This document shows positions 18,701 through 29,143 of a stretch of 33,711 bases of DNA, in pieces; the stretch's first letter is position 1, and each line of letters begins with the position of its first letter. Both the position numbers and the translations under genes were made by a program. This DNA comes from Opitutales bacterium (lineage in GTDB: Bacteria > Verrucomicrobiota > Verrucomicrobiia > Opitutales > JABSRG01): assembly GCA_049599475.1 (NCBI GenBank), contig JBMYOQ010000050.1, positions 1 to 33,711 of the forward strand. Direction: 5' to 3'. The notes under the pieces are model-generated. The model was not told where the DNA came from, did not search any database, and saw only the letters and a list, made by a program, of their open reading frames with translations.

Positions 18701-19854
18701 ATGCGGAATAGGCCTTCCTCGGTCGCTCTGAAATAATTTGAAAGCCTCTCATCAGAAAGGTTTTCGACCTGTTCTTTGCTGAATATGCCTTGGCCTGCTG
18801 TTTGAACGGAGCCTTTGTGTATGTCTGTCGCGAATACACTTATGCGACCCTGGTAATTGTGGGTTGTCGCTAGCTCATCTGCGAGTATGGCAATTGAGTA
18901 AGCTTCTTCGCCACTGGCACACCCTGCCACCCAGCATCTAAATTCCTCGGGAGGATTTTCTTGAGTGAAAAATTTGCTTAGGACCTTTGTCGCTAATTCT
19001 TCAAAGATTGCTGGATCTCGAAAAAAGGAGGTTACGCCGATGAGTAGGTCGCGATACAAGGCATCTGCCTCTTGAGGTGACTCGATCAGAAGCTTTTTGT
19101 ATGCGGCTGGGTCTATAATCTCGGACCTCTCCATGCGCCTTTGTATGCGGCGGCTGACGCTAGCGATCTTATATAGCGAAAAATCGATTTCGAAGAGTCG
19201 TTTCAGGTAGATAAATATTTCGGCGTATATTTCTTCCAAAGCTTCAATCTCTGATTCGGAACCGTTAGAGTAGGAGGTCATTGAGTCACGTTCGAATTTC
19301 GCTGGGTCGCCCTCATAGGTTTTAACCAAATCCCATAGCATATTAGAATCCACGAAAGCATGTGCCAGGCGCTGCGTTACAATGCTCTGTGGCATGGATC
19401 CGAACTCTGCGGTCTGAGGGTCTTGGGCCAACACCAAGCCACCCTTTTCTCTTACTTTACGGCAACCAATGGTGCCATCAGAACCCGTCCCAGAAAAGAT
19501 AATGCCGATGCAACGATTGCCATACTCATTGGCCGCAGACTCCAGAAATACATTGATGGGCATTTGTTCGTGATCCCTGGGGCGCAACTTAAAGACACCG
19601 TTTTCGATCGTCATTAGCCGTCCCGCGGGGATGAGATAGATATTGTCCTCCTTGATGGGCATCCCACTCGTCACCTGCTTAATGGGTATCTGAGTGTAGG
19701 CCGCAAGCAGCTGAGACATCAGACTCTTGAAGTCGGGAGACAAGTGCTGAACGATTACAAATGCGCAATCACTGGAGCGGGGGAGTTCTTTACAGAACGA
19801 TTCGAGAGCAGCCAAGCCCCCCGCCGATACTCCTAGGGTAACGATAAATTTCAT
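15772..19854 (-). CDS. CheB-CheR-coiled coil-PAS-histidine kinase-receiver hybrid; receiver C-terminus probably frameshifted
   Basis: CheB GVSAGG/VQHL/SGTGSDG; CheR IGVTSFFRD, WVAGCASGEEAYS, CRNLLIY; NEEL heptads; PAS; SHEIRTPM, NLLSNAIKFT, DTGIG, GGTGLGL; REC IIDDN, LLDLHMP, no KP. Confidence 0.93.
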   Translation of the reverse strand: MKFIVTLGVSAGGLAALESFCKELPRSSDCAFVIVQHLSPDFKSLMSQLLAAYTQIPIKQVTSGMPIKEDNIYLIPAGRLMTIENGVFKLRPRDHEQMPINVFLESAANEYGNRCIGIIFSGTGSDGTIGCRKVREKGGLVLAQDPQTAEFGSMPQSIVTQRLAHAFVDSNMLWDLVKTYEGDPAKFERDSMTSYSNGSESEIEALEEIYAEIFIYLKRLFEIDFSLYKIASVSRRIQRRMERSEIIDPAAYKKLLIESPQEADALYRDLLIGVTSFFRDPAIFEELATKVLSKFFTQENPPEEFRCWVAGCASGEEAYSIAILADELATTHNYQGRISVFATDIHKGSVQTAGQGIFSKEQVENLSDERLSNYFRATEEGLFRIKPDMRQRVVFAQHNLIVDPPFTRMDLVTCRNLLIYLKPDAQTSVLRSFLYALKPHGHLFLGASESLGELEKYFDVVSPKSKLFKKVRDISIPEQNREILSRPLRSSPTKATGYERSSKLTLDRSLVASYDYILQKYAPDGVLINHEREVRHYLGNSGNYCIPHQGRAESDILSMLTGDLKLAVSTGIQRVIKHAKPVRSEGVQCTTRHGDEVVDVRIEPFTDEIEGDIGLILITFEPRNVEVFPSNTDEETVPFKIDNESENRIIMLEDELRSTKENLQATVEELQTSNEELQAINEEVQVSNEELQSTNEELHSMNEELYSVNSELEQKNQQLIELNSDHENLLVNTEDAILYVDSHLRIKKFNPAIGFAFNLLPQDIGRPLSHIAYTLENHEEMLRDVQEVLETGVRKEREALSPEGIIYLRRFTPFRDIEDNTTGVVLTFTDVSDISRMRSRLSRAMEAAGMAWWEWDVRNDELVVHAEGECILGYECRDVETNAKFWFDRVHPDDLQMVKSTLQDCLDGKTDRWACEHRYARANTGEWEWVYEVGRVNRRSKDGEPLEMSGTTMNINKRKLMELDLIDAKEAAEVASREKSQFLSTMSHEIRTPMTGVIGNAEILKISDELPESLIDIVDTISQSGESLLNLINGILDFSRLEAGKAEIHNTTIDLKKEVSNTAQILSQNAKEKAVSLETRFELINSHFFLDMNLIKQVILNLLSNAIKFTESGGSVVLGVRQNYSKLVFSVQDTGIGIDSNELARLFAPFEQANSAITRKFGGTGLGLSISKNIVELFGGNLSVESELGKGSIFTFEIPVQIVELQNNATPVSTETREPDLAVSNTEQDLLIIDDNEVNCRVLQAVLKKLGHRSEYVLTGQDGLDKVFSKQYSSVLLDLHMPELSGYEVIRAIHDRAGELEKRPKIIAFTADTSKDAHDMISKVGFDGILQEGRCRESLTVWRRSIQLVHLPNISVQVLC

Positions 19855-19984
19855 AGATACACAGCTCTTTCAATCGTTGTTAGGGGAACTGATAATTACA
19901 ATTCAATAATCGTAACGTCGTTTTCGCTGGGATCTGAAGATCTGCACTTTTGTAACACCTGCTCGTTCAGCATCAAACCTCGAT

Positions 19985-20337
19985 AAATGAAGTAGAGAGG
20001 GACTGGTTGCTGCGCAATCGCTACGCGACCAACCTTCGGTTGTCCCATCTTCGTTCGCTGCGCTCACTTCGTCGACCCTCTTATCGGGTTCTCATCCCTC
20101 TTAGTCTCATCGCAGGTTTTCGGAAGTTAAGTTTGCTCCTCTGTTGCCCGGAAGGCACCCACATCGTCGGCCTTCGGCCACGTCCTGCGGACGCACCATC
20201 TCCGCGCTTACGCGCTTCGTCATCCTTCATCCCTCAACCTTCATCCTTCAATAAATGGTTGAGAGAGAGGGATTGCTTCGCCATCTCCAGTTGCTTCGCT
20301 CCTTCCGTCGACCCTCTGCTCGGGTTCAAATCCCTCT
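19985..20337. repeat. tRNA-3'-end-like structured repeats (2 full, 1 partial)
   Basis: Units 19985-20101 and 20253-20337 share AAATG..GAGAGGGA...CCATCT...GTCGACCCTCT..TCGGGTTC..ATCCCTCT; partial unit about 20168-20221. Confidence 0.7.
20220..20250. repeat. Degenerate TCATCCT heptamer array (about 4.5 units)
   Basis: tcatcct tcatccc tcaacct tcatcct tca. Confidence 0.8.
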
Positions 20338-20401
20338 TTTTGCGCTTCAATGAGTTTAGGAGGAACGTGACTTTCGTTTTATAAATTAAGTCTTCTACAA
20401 A

Positions 20402-20491
<90 letters not shown>

Positions 20492-20650
20492 GTGCGATAT
20501 CGTGAACGCCTTGCGGCTTTCGCAAAGGGAAGAAGAAAATGGTTTCAACCTGTCAGCGCAAGTCTGAAGAGTGAAAAGCTACATTTCGTGAACAACGGTG
20601 CCTTGCATTTGGTCCAATTTCCTTTGATGCTTCCGTTTTGCCATCTCATT

Positions 20651-21349
20651 ATGCCTGGATATCCTCTCATCGGTCTAATTTCATACTTCGGTCAGTCTAA
20701 TTTTGCGGGTCAACTGATCATCATCATCCTTGCTGCGTTTAGCCTTTTGGCTTGGACCGTTATGCTCGGGAAGTGGATGGATTTGAAAAAGCTGAGGAGC
20801 GCGAACGCGCGATTTGAGCGGGAAATTAGCCAAGTGCAGGTGCTTTTGAATGTAACGCCCCGTGATCCTCAGTATGTAGCTGGGCCCTACAGTGAACTCG
20901 TTGCCGAGGCGGTAGAAGCGTTCTCTCGGTATCAACCTGCGAAAGGTGTGTCTGAGCGTGACATGCACGCTATCCAATTGAGGGTGGGGCATGTGGAAAA
21001 TGCGCTGCAACGTAGTGTTGCGGAACAGACGATTCGCTATGAAAACAAGATGGTCATGCTGGGATCCATTGTCACAGGTGCTCCGTTCTTAGGGCTCCTT
21101 GGAACAGTCTGGGGTGTCATGGACGCTTTCGGCTCCATTTCCCAGAGCAGTGCTACGCTGCAGGCCCTGGCTCCTGGGGTGAGTGGCGCTCTCCTCACCA
21201 CGGTCGCGGGACTCCTCGTGGCTATCCCCTCAGTATTCGGATATAATTACCTACTTACGATGAGTAAGATAGCGATTACCGAGCTTGAGAATTTTGCGAG
21301 CACCGTGGCAGACCGAATTGAGCTGGAGGCTCAACAATTGGATTACTAG
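20651..21349 (+). CDS. MotA/TolQ/ExbB proton channel protein
   Basis: S...W in TM1, APFLGLLGTVWGVM.AF, LAPGVS.AL.TT.AGL.VAIP....YN; upstream part of the ORF track overlaps the tRNA, so ATG 20651 chosen. Confidence 0.93.
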   Translation: MPGYPLIGLISYFGQSNFAGQLIIIILAAFSLLAWTVMLGKWMDLKKLRSANARFEREISQVQVLLNVTPRDPQYVAGPYSELVAEAVEAFSRYQPAKGVSERDMHAIQLRVGHVENALQRSVAEQTIRYENKMVMLGSIVTGAPFLGLLGTVWGVMDAFGSISQSSATLQALAPGVSGALLTTVAGLLVAIPSVFGYNYLLTMSKIAITELENFASTVADRIELEAQQLDY

Positions 21350-21352
21350 GCG

Positions 21353-21775
21353 ATGGCGCGTAATTTCCATAGAAAAGATCGTATGAGCGCGGTGACGGAG
21401 ATCAACGTGACTCCGCTCATCGACTTGGCGTTCTCGCTACTGATTATTTTTATGATCACGACTCCGCTTTTGGAGCAGACTATTCCGCTCGATTTACCCA
21501 TCGAAAACAGCCAATCCACCCAATCTAGTTCAGATGTCACGGTGCAAACGATCTCGATCGATGAGGAAGGCGCGTATTACTGGGGAGAGGAGAAGGTCGA
21601 CGAAGATCGCTTACAGATCCTGATCTCAGATCTTGCCCGCGAGAGTGATCCTCCCGTAGTGCGGGTGCGGGCCGATACGGACGCGCCCTTCCAATATCAA
21701 AGGGTGATCAATGTCCTCAGTTGGCTCAAAGAGCACAAATTATCTAAGGTAAGCCTAGACACGCGCGTAAACTAA
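21353..21775 (+). CDS. ExbD/TolR protein
   Basis: EINVTPLID....LLIIFMITTP, LDLP, V.VRAD. Confidence 0.93.
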   Translation: MARNFHRKDRMSAVTEINVTPLIDLAFSLLIIFMITTPLLEQTIPLDLPIENSQSTQSSSDVTVQTISIDEEGAYYWGEEKVDEDRLQILISDLARESDPPVVRVRADTDAPFQYQRVINVLSWLKEHKLSKVSLDTRVN

Positions 21776-21780
21776 GAGAA

Positions 21781-22611
21781 ATGCGCCTTCATTTACCGAA
21801 AACACCGTTTCAGATCTCACTGAGTCTTCACCTCAGTATCTTTTTGGTGTTCACAATCGGGGGGCTTTTCCAAGGATGCAGTGAGCCGGAAGAGGAGTTT
21901 CTTTTTGAAATCGTAAATCTACCGGCCTTCGACTCGGCCCCTCCGAGCCCTCCATCGGTGGCGCCGCAGCCTGAGGCAACCCCGGAACCCGAGCCCATTG
22001 ATTTACCGGAGCCGACGTTCAGTCAATTGGAGCCGGCGCGTGAACGGCCCGTTGTTGAAGTAGAGCGCGAGCCTCGTCCAGAACCTCAGGTGACGATTCC
22101 CGAGCCTACGCCTGAGCCTGTGAAACCGGAACCGGTCGAGGAAAAGCCGCTAAAGCGTATGACTTTGGAAGAGTTTAGGAAACAACACGGTGAGCCGCAG
22201 ACTCCAACCCGCCGTGAGACACCGCGACAGCCCACGCCGCGGATCGATATTCCGTCGATCAATACGAATCAGATTACGCAATCTCTGGAAAATGCTGCGA
22301 ATACACCGACAATTTCTCAACCATCCAGCAACCAGCGGGCATTGGAAGAGGCTCGTTATAAATCGAAAATACGCAGTATTCTCAATGGGCTTTGGAATCC
22401 GCGTAAAGACCTGCCATCACAGAATCTGCTGGTCGAAGTCGAGTTCACGATCGACGGAAACGGCAGAGTCACACGATACCGAATCACTCGTAGATCTGGG
22501 CTCACATGGCATGACGAATCCGTAGAGGAGATTTTTAGAAATTTAGGATCATTACCAGTTCCCCCAGGGCGACGCTCTGTTACTTACAGAATCCCGTTCC
22601 AGGTAGAGTAG
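21781..22611 (+). CDS. TonB/TolA-like energy transducer
   Basis: N-terminal TM with S..LH, Pro/Glu-rich linker, C-terminal W.P...VEFTI..NGRV....I.R.SG...D.SV domain. Confidence 0.85.
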   Translation: MRLHLPKTPFQISLSLHLSIFLVFTIGGLFQGCSEPEEEFLFEIVNLPAFDSAPPSPPSVAPQPEATPEPEPIDLPEPTFSQLEPARERPVVEVEREPRPEPQVTIPEPTPEPVKPEPVEEKPLKRMTLEEFRKQHGEPQTPTRRETPRQPTPRIDIPSINTNQITQSLENAANTPTISQPSSNQRALEEARYKSKIRSILNGLWNPRKDLPSQNLLVEVEFTIDGNGRVTRYRITRRSGLTWHDESVEEIFRNLGSLPVPPGRRSVTYRIPFQVE

Positions 22612-22670
22612 TCTCCCTCAAAAATAAAATAGGGGTTGAAATCCATCCGCGCTCCACGATTGTGTATCTT

Positions 22671-22766
22671 GGCCGGGTCCTATGCATCGGATAACAGGCG
22701 AACCCCGTCAGGTCCGGAAGGAAGCAGCGGTAGTCATGGAGTTCGAGTGCCGTAGGGTGCCTGGCC
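22671..22766 (+). ncRNA. ffs: Signal recognition particle RNA (small type)
   Basis: Core GTCAGGTCCGGAAGGAAGCAGC; ends GGCCGGG/CCTGGCC pair, followed by T-tract; usual position upstream of dnaX. Confidence 0.95.
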
Positions 22767-22781
22767 ATTTTTATTTTTCCC

Positions 22782-23933
22782 ATGGAGAACAGAGGATATC
22801 AGGTCATTGCACGCCGTTGGCGCCCACAACAATTCAGTGAATTGGTGGGACAGGATCATATTATCCAGACGCTGAAAAACGCCATTCAGCAAAACCGTAT
22901 TGCCCACGCCTATCTTTTCGTGGGTCCGCGTGGGACGGGTAAGACTTCCTCCGCGCGTCTGTTCGCGAAAGCACTCAATGCGGAGGGCGGCCCGAGCATC
23001 GAGCCGTCCAATGATTCTGCGATCTCCAAGGCTATCGTCGAGGGCCGGTGTATGGATGTGATCGAAATTGACGGTGCATCGAACAACAGTGTCGATGATA
23101 TCCGATCGCTTCGTGAAGATTGCCAATATGCGCCTACCGAAGGTAATTTCAAAATCTACATTATCGACGAGGTGCACATGCTTTCACAGGCGGCTTTCAA
23201 TGCTCTGTTGAAGACGCTCGAGGAACCTCCGTCACACGTTAAGTTTATATTCGCGACTACTGAAGCGCATAAGGTGCTTCCGACTATCGTTTCACGCTGC
23301 CAGCGCTTGGAGTTCAGACCTGTTGCCCCTGAGGTGATTAAGGAGAAGCTCAAGGTGATCAGCGATGGAGAAGGCGTGAAAGTGAGCGACGAGGCCCTCA
23401 CCGCGATCGCCCGCTTGGCGAACGGGGGGATGCGCGATTCGCAGTCGATCCTCGACCAAATGATTTCGTTCTGTGGCACCGATATTTCAGAGCAAGACGT
23501 CCTCGATGTATACGGATTAGCATCGCCTGAGATGGTTTTGGATTTGGCAAAAAAGATAGCCGCTGCCGACTTTGGAGGCATTATCGCAGCCGTTGATGGT
23601 CTTGTAGATACGGGTCGCGATCTCGTCCGAGCTCTCAACGATCTTGAGCAAGTGATTCGCGAAACATTGCTCGATGCCATCCGCAATGGAGGCAAGTCCA
23701 GTGCACTAGATACCGAGGTCACATCAGAGTCATTGATGCGCATGCTCGACGCTTTGCGAAGTGGTGAGTGGGCTGTGCAGCGGGGCTTGAGCGATCGAGT
23801 GAATTTCGAGGTTACCTTATTAAAGGCTTCTGAGCAGAGCCGATCGCGGGCAATCGATACCGTAATCAAATCGCTTAAAAGCGTGGCAAACCGCCTTCCA
23901 GAAGAGGAAGCTGCGGTCGCAAAAAAAAAATGA
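22782..23933 (+). CDS. dnaX: DNA polymerase III gamma/tau, zero-frame (gamma-like, 383 aa) product
   Basis: [40 protein letters not shown]...[21 protein letters not shown]; ends GCA AAA AAA AAA TGA. Confidence 0.96.
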   Translation: MENRGYQVIARRWRPQQFSELVGQDHIIQTLKNAIQQNRIAHAYLFVGPRGTGKTSSARLFAKALNAEGGPSIEPSNDSAISKAIVEGRCMDVIEIDGASNNSVDDIRSLREDCQYAPTEGNFKIYIIDEVHMLSQAAFNALLKTLEEPPSHVKFIFATTEAHKVLPTIVSRCQRLEFRPVAPEVIKEKLKVISDGEGVKVSDEALTAIARLANGGMRDSQSILDQMISFCGTDISEQDVLDVYGLASPEMVLDLAKKIAAADFGGIIAAVDGLVDTGRDLVRALNDLEQVIRETLLDAIRNGGKSSALDTEVTSESLMRMLDALRSGEWAVQRGLSDRVNFEVTLLKASEQSRSRAIDTVIKSLKSVANRLPEEEAAVAKKK

Positions 23934-24261
23934 CCTAGGCGCTCCGGAAGCGAGCCAGGCAGTTCCTGAAGAAAAGGCGCCAGCACCCTTAGCTTCTGAG
24001 AATCAAGAAGATAGCGATTCGGCTCCCTTGAATGATCAAGAGCTTGAGGACATGTATTTGGGCAACGACGCTCCGAACGCTGTCGCAACCGAATCATCCG
24101 CACCCAAGGAGTCTGAACAGCCTACAAAAATATACTCTGCTGCAGAACGCCAAGCCTTGGCCAAAGAGATTCTGCCACCCGATGTAATTGAATACCTCCA
24201 GGAAGAATTTCGCGCCGAATTCAACAGCGTAAGAAAACTCAGCGAGCGAAAGCTGTACTAA
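23929..24261 (+). CDS. dnaX: dnaX C-terminal (tau-like) extension in the +1 frame
   Basis: Open from the A10 run: [20 protein letters not shown]...[29 protein letters not shown]; linker plus short helical domain. Confidence 0.75.
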   Translation, partial: NDLGAPEASQAVPEEKAPAPLASENQEDSDSAPLNDQELEDMYLGNDAPNAVATESSAPKESEQPTKIYSAAERQALAKEILPPDVIEYLQEEFRAEFNSVRKLSERKLY

Positions 24262-24372
24262 AGCATAGGGACCACAATTAGAGATCTGTAGCGCAGAAAG
24301 CCCAAATGATCTAGGCCTACTTTATTAATTGGTTTGGAATGACAATCTGGAGTTCACCAAGCTTATAAAATG

Positions 24373-24432
24373 AACCACGAATGAACACGGATTCTCCATA
24401 CTGCGGCGCCGCATTCGTGTTTATTTGTGGTT
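24373..24432. repeat. Intergenic 20-bp inverted repeat element
   Basis: AACCACGAATGAACACGGAT / ATTCGTGTTTATTTGTGGTT enclosing palindrome TGCGGCGCCGCA. Confidence 0.7.
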
Positions 24433-24680
24433 AACAGAAAGCTGTTCATTGATTTAACAAAGTACAGCTAGACCGTTTCTCAAGAGGGATTTCGTTTATT
24501 CTGGTGAATCCACACATTCGAAGTGCAAGAGTGGTAAGCCGATCAGGGGCGCAACAAAGGCTTAAATTCTGCGGCTCACTGAGACTGTTCGCCCTACCAT
24601 TTGTTTACGAAATAGTTTTTAGAAAAGGTCTACCCGCGCGCCTATTGTGCGTTGTATGGACCTTGTTCCAAATACCGAGT

Positions 24681-26507
24681 CTAGGCTTCGTCTAAGGGGA
24701 GTTCTTTTTCGACGCTCAGTTCCATCTCCTGTTGTAAGGTTCCTTGGATACTGATCATTCTCCAGCCAGCTTTGGGAGCCGGTTTGTACTTTTCAGTGAA
24801 TACTTTTAAGTCCGGTGCATTTGAAATTCCAAATAGGGGGACTTCTCCTGGGATCGGTTCACTTTTGAGGTCTTTTTCTTCAATTAACCTGACCGAGAAA
24901 ATCTTGGGGTCTGTAATGTGTTTTTGGAGCCATTCGTGTGTGACATCTACACCAAACGCGGGGTCGAAGGGGCGTTTCCGCTCGTCTTCTTCATGTTCCA
25001 CGAGGTGATCAGGCTCGATGATCAGGATGTCACGGCGGTCAAAGAACTCCATCAACATTTGCTTGGCGAGGGTGTTGACCTCAAAGTTTGGCGTGGCACA
25101 GATGGCGTGACCAATTTCCGAGAAATCGAGCTCTTCAAGGAACGTATTGCTCAGCACGTCACCCGTCTCTGCTTGAAGCCCATATTGGCGTGCCATGGCA
25201 ACGTGGTCCGGGTTGGTGTCGACGAATAAGACTTTGATGCCTTCTTCCTGGAGTCGTCTGCCCAAATGAATTGCCCAAGGCGATGCCCCAACCATAAGCA
25301 GGCCGCTTGGAGTGAGGTTTGTAAGTTTGAGCTTGGACGCCACAAACGCGACCGTGGAGCCATAAAAAATGACCGTTCCAACGACCACAATCAGCATTTC
25401 AGCGAAGAGGTCTTCGGCGCGCGGTATCTCTAGACTCGAAAGCTTCAGGACGAATACCGAGGTCAGGGCTACCGCGACGATTCCGCGTGGTGCCAAAAAC
25501 ATCAGCAATATACGCTGGCTCCATGGTAGGTTCGACCCGACTGTAGACAGTATCACCGCGATTGGGCGGATCACGAATATCAGAAGACCCACGAATGCAA
25601 AACTGCGCCAGCTGAGATGCTCGATTACCTCCAAGTCGACATTTGCCGCGAGAACAATGAAAACCCCAGATATGATAAGGACGGTGAGGTTCTCCTTAAA
25701 GTGAACGATGTGGTCTACGCGGAAATTACGCTGATTCGCGAGAAGGATGCCGAGTAAAGTCGCTGTTACGAGGCCCGCCTCTTCCTGGACGTAATTCGAA
25801 AATACGAATGTCCCAATCACGATTGCGAGGATCACCAAATTGTGGAGAAACTCCGGGAGCATTCGGTGGCGTACGAGAAAGACCATGAGACGAGCGCCAG
25901 CCCAAGAACATATGCCCGCAACTAAGAGAGTGCGCACGATGCCCATGAGCAGATGAGCCCAGAATGTTTCCTCCGATGGGTGCAGAATGAACAGCTCGTA
26001 GATAAATACTGCGAGGAGGACCGCTATTGGGTCGTTCAAGATGCCTTCCCATTTGGCAATGTATTTTACTGAACCTTTTGGGCGAACGGTTCGGAGGACT
26101 GGGCCAATTACAGTGGGACCTGTCAGGGCGAGTAGGGCACCAAAAAGAGCTGCAATTTTGATATCGAAGTGAAGGAGCTCGACGAGAAAATAGGTGGCGA
26201 GCGCGAAAGTCACAACCACTCCAATTGTGACCAATCTGAAAATTACCGACCCGTCGTGCTTGAGCTCCTTCAGTCGCAGGGTGAGACCGCCTTCGAAAAG
26301 GAGAATAGCCACGGAGGCAGATACGAGAGGTTTTAGAAGGTCTCCAAAGAGTTCTCCGACGTCGATCAAATTGAAAACGGGTCCGATTAGAAACCCCGTC
26401 GTCAGCAAAATCAGGATCGATGGAATTTTCAGACGCCATCCCACCCATTGAGCTAGAGCACTGAGCCCGAGAATCGCAGCGAATTGAATCTGTATGGATT
26501 CTACCAT
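24681..26507 (-). CDS. NhaP-type (CPA1) cation:proton antiporter with C-terminal TrkA-N/RCK domain
   Basis: KIPSILILL..G..IGP, ILLFEGG..L, TGPTVI.P, WEGILNDP, APRGIVA; many TM helices; C-terminal LL.VGA...D...GD.L. Confidence 0.92.
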   Translation of the reverse strand: MVESIQIQFAAILGLSALAQWVGWRLKIPSILILLTTGFLIGPVFNLIDVGELFGDLLKPLVSASVAILLFEGGLTLRLKELKHDGSVIFRLVTIGVVVTFALATYFLVELLHFDIKIAALFGALLALTGPTVIGPVLRTVRPKGSVKYIAKWEGILNDPIAVLLAVFIYELFILHPSEETFWAHLLMGIVRTLLVAGICSWAGARLMVFLVRHRMLPEFLHNLVILAIVIGTFVFSNYVQEEAGLVTATLLGILLANQRNFRVDHIVHFKENLTVLIISGVFIVLAANVDLEVIEHLSWRSFAFVGLLIFVIRPIAVILSTVGSNLPWSQRILLMFLAPRGIVAVALTSVFVLKLSSLEIPRAEDLFAEMLIVVVGTVIFYGSTVAFVASKLKLTNLTPSGLLMVGASPWAIHLGRRLQEEGIKVLFVDTNPDHVAMARQYGLQAETGDVLSNTFLEELDFSEIGHAICATPNFEVNTLAKQMLMEFFDRRDILIIEPDHLVEHEEDERKRPFDPAFGVDVTHEWLQKHITDPKIFSVRLIEEKDLKSEPIPGEVPLFGISNAPDLKVFTEKYKPAPKAGWRMISIQGTLQQEMELSVEKELPLDEA

Positions 26508-26695
26508 TTAGGATGTTGAAAGGGTGGAGAGACCTGGAGCGCTTCTGAAGGCTCCTCGGCACACTGATTCCCTAACGGGTTTTTGTGCAACTGAAATTTG
26601 AACTTTTTATCCATAGTCAGAGAGTTGGGCGGAGAGATGCCTTTCCCCTTGCGCTCCCGCAGGACACGGGCCTAATTTCCTGCGCTTTCTGGATT

Positions 26696-28330
<1,635 letters not shown>

Positions 28331-28362
28331 TTAGACAATTCGGAGCAGGGAGCGGGGTTCGC

Positions 28363-28845
28363 TCAGGGTTTCCTGCGCTCGTGAGTGCGCAATTCGCGCG
28401 ACGATCGTATCCCCTCGGGCAGGTAGATCGCGCCATCCTGCTGGTTTGGGTCGGTGGCGTTTTGTGTCTGAATCTGCCTTGCTGCCTCGAAGTCTTTAGC
28501 AGATTCGCTGGAGTTTAAAATTTTTAGGAGCTGGCTGAATTTATCTCCGGACATGAGTCCTAGCGAAAGGGCGATGCGCATGCGGTTCTGAATCTGCAGC
28601 TGTATTTGATCTGCGAGACTGGCAAATTCCTCTTCGTTTAGGAAACCATCGGCATCCGCATCGAACTCGGCAAATATCTGTTTGGTAGCATCTTGTTTAT
28701 CGGATTCGAGCGCTGCTTCCATTTCCTCAAATGAAATGGCTCCGTCGCGGTTGCGGTCGATATGTTGAAACATTCGCGAACGAAGCTCTTCGCTGTCGAA
28801 TTGAAAGGAGCCTAATCCTCGGAGGTTCTCGATATTCATGGGCAT
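28363..28845 (-). CDS. Two-EF-hand calcium-binding protein
   Basis: Canonical 12-residue loops DRNRDGAISFEE and DADADGFLNEEE, each preceded by F; start 28845 or 28839. Confidence 0.82.
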   Translation of the reverse strand: MPMNIENLRGLGSFQFDSEELRSRMFQHIDRNRDGAISFEEMEAALESDKQDATKQIFAEFDADADGFLNEEEFASLADQIQLQIQNRMRIALSLGLMSGDKFSQLLKILNSSESAKDFEAARQIQTQNATDPNQQDGAIYLPEGIRSSRELRTHERRKP

Positions 28846-28891
28846 CGCAGAAGAATTGTGGTTTCGAAAAAGCTTAAATGGCTGTCCACGA

Positions 28892-28918
28892 ATCTCGCCG
28901 AGAAGTCAGGGAACTTTA
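28892..28918 (-). promoter_or_regulatory. sigma28-like promoter motif upstream of EF-hand gene
   Basis: TAAA(GTT)-N15-GGCGAGAT on minus strand. Confidence 0.3.
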
Positions 28919-28991
28919 GAGGTATATGGTATTGTTGATGATTGTCGGCCATCGGGCCAAATATCACTCTCCAGAGCGGATCACCCAGACC

Positions 28992-29008
28992 GTCGATCTC
29001 CGAGCGAC
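28992..29008. repeat. Degenerate single REP of the 7075 family
   Basis: GTCG-ATCTCCGAG-CGAC, same loop as 7075-7099; GTAG foot missing. Confidence 0.5.
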
Positions 29009-29089
29009 CTACACTGCGATCTCGAGTCCAACATCGGCCGCAACTCACGAATATACCTGATCAGTCATGCGTCTCCTGAACTGCCACAC

Positions 29090-29121
29090 AAAAAAACCGA
29101 CCTCGTGTGAGATCGGCTTTT
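29090..29121 (-). terminator. Rho-independent terminator of flavodoxin gene
   Basis: A7-CCGACCTC-GTGT-GAGATCGG-CTTTT; U7 tract on minus strand. Confidence 0.8.
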
Positions 29122-29143
29122 GAAAATTGAATCTGACGGGTCT

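Noticed and set aside
19985..20337. Possible CRISPR array
   Set aside because: Units are long, unequal and degenerate with no regular spacers; no cas genes
21950..22250. Repetitive CCGGAA/GAGCC-rich DNA
   Set aside because: Encodes the ordinary Pro-Glu linker of the TonB/TolA-like protein
23156..24103. Long antisense ORFs (also 4553-5374, 2700-3404, and same-strand alternate frame 25726-26562)
   Set aside because: Shadow frames of well-supported genes with no recognisable motifs
24028..24261. Independent 77-aa gene
   Set aside because: TTG start without a clear RBS, and the frame is open back to the dnaX A-run; treated as the dnaX extension
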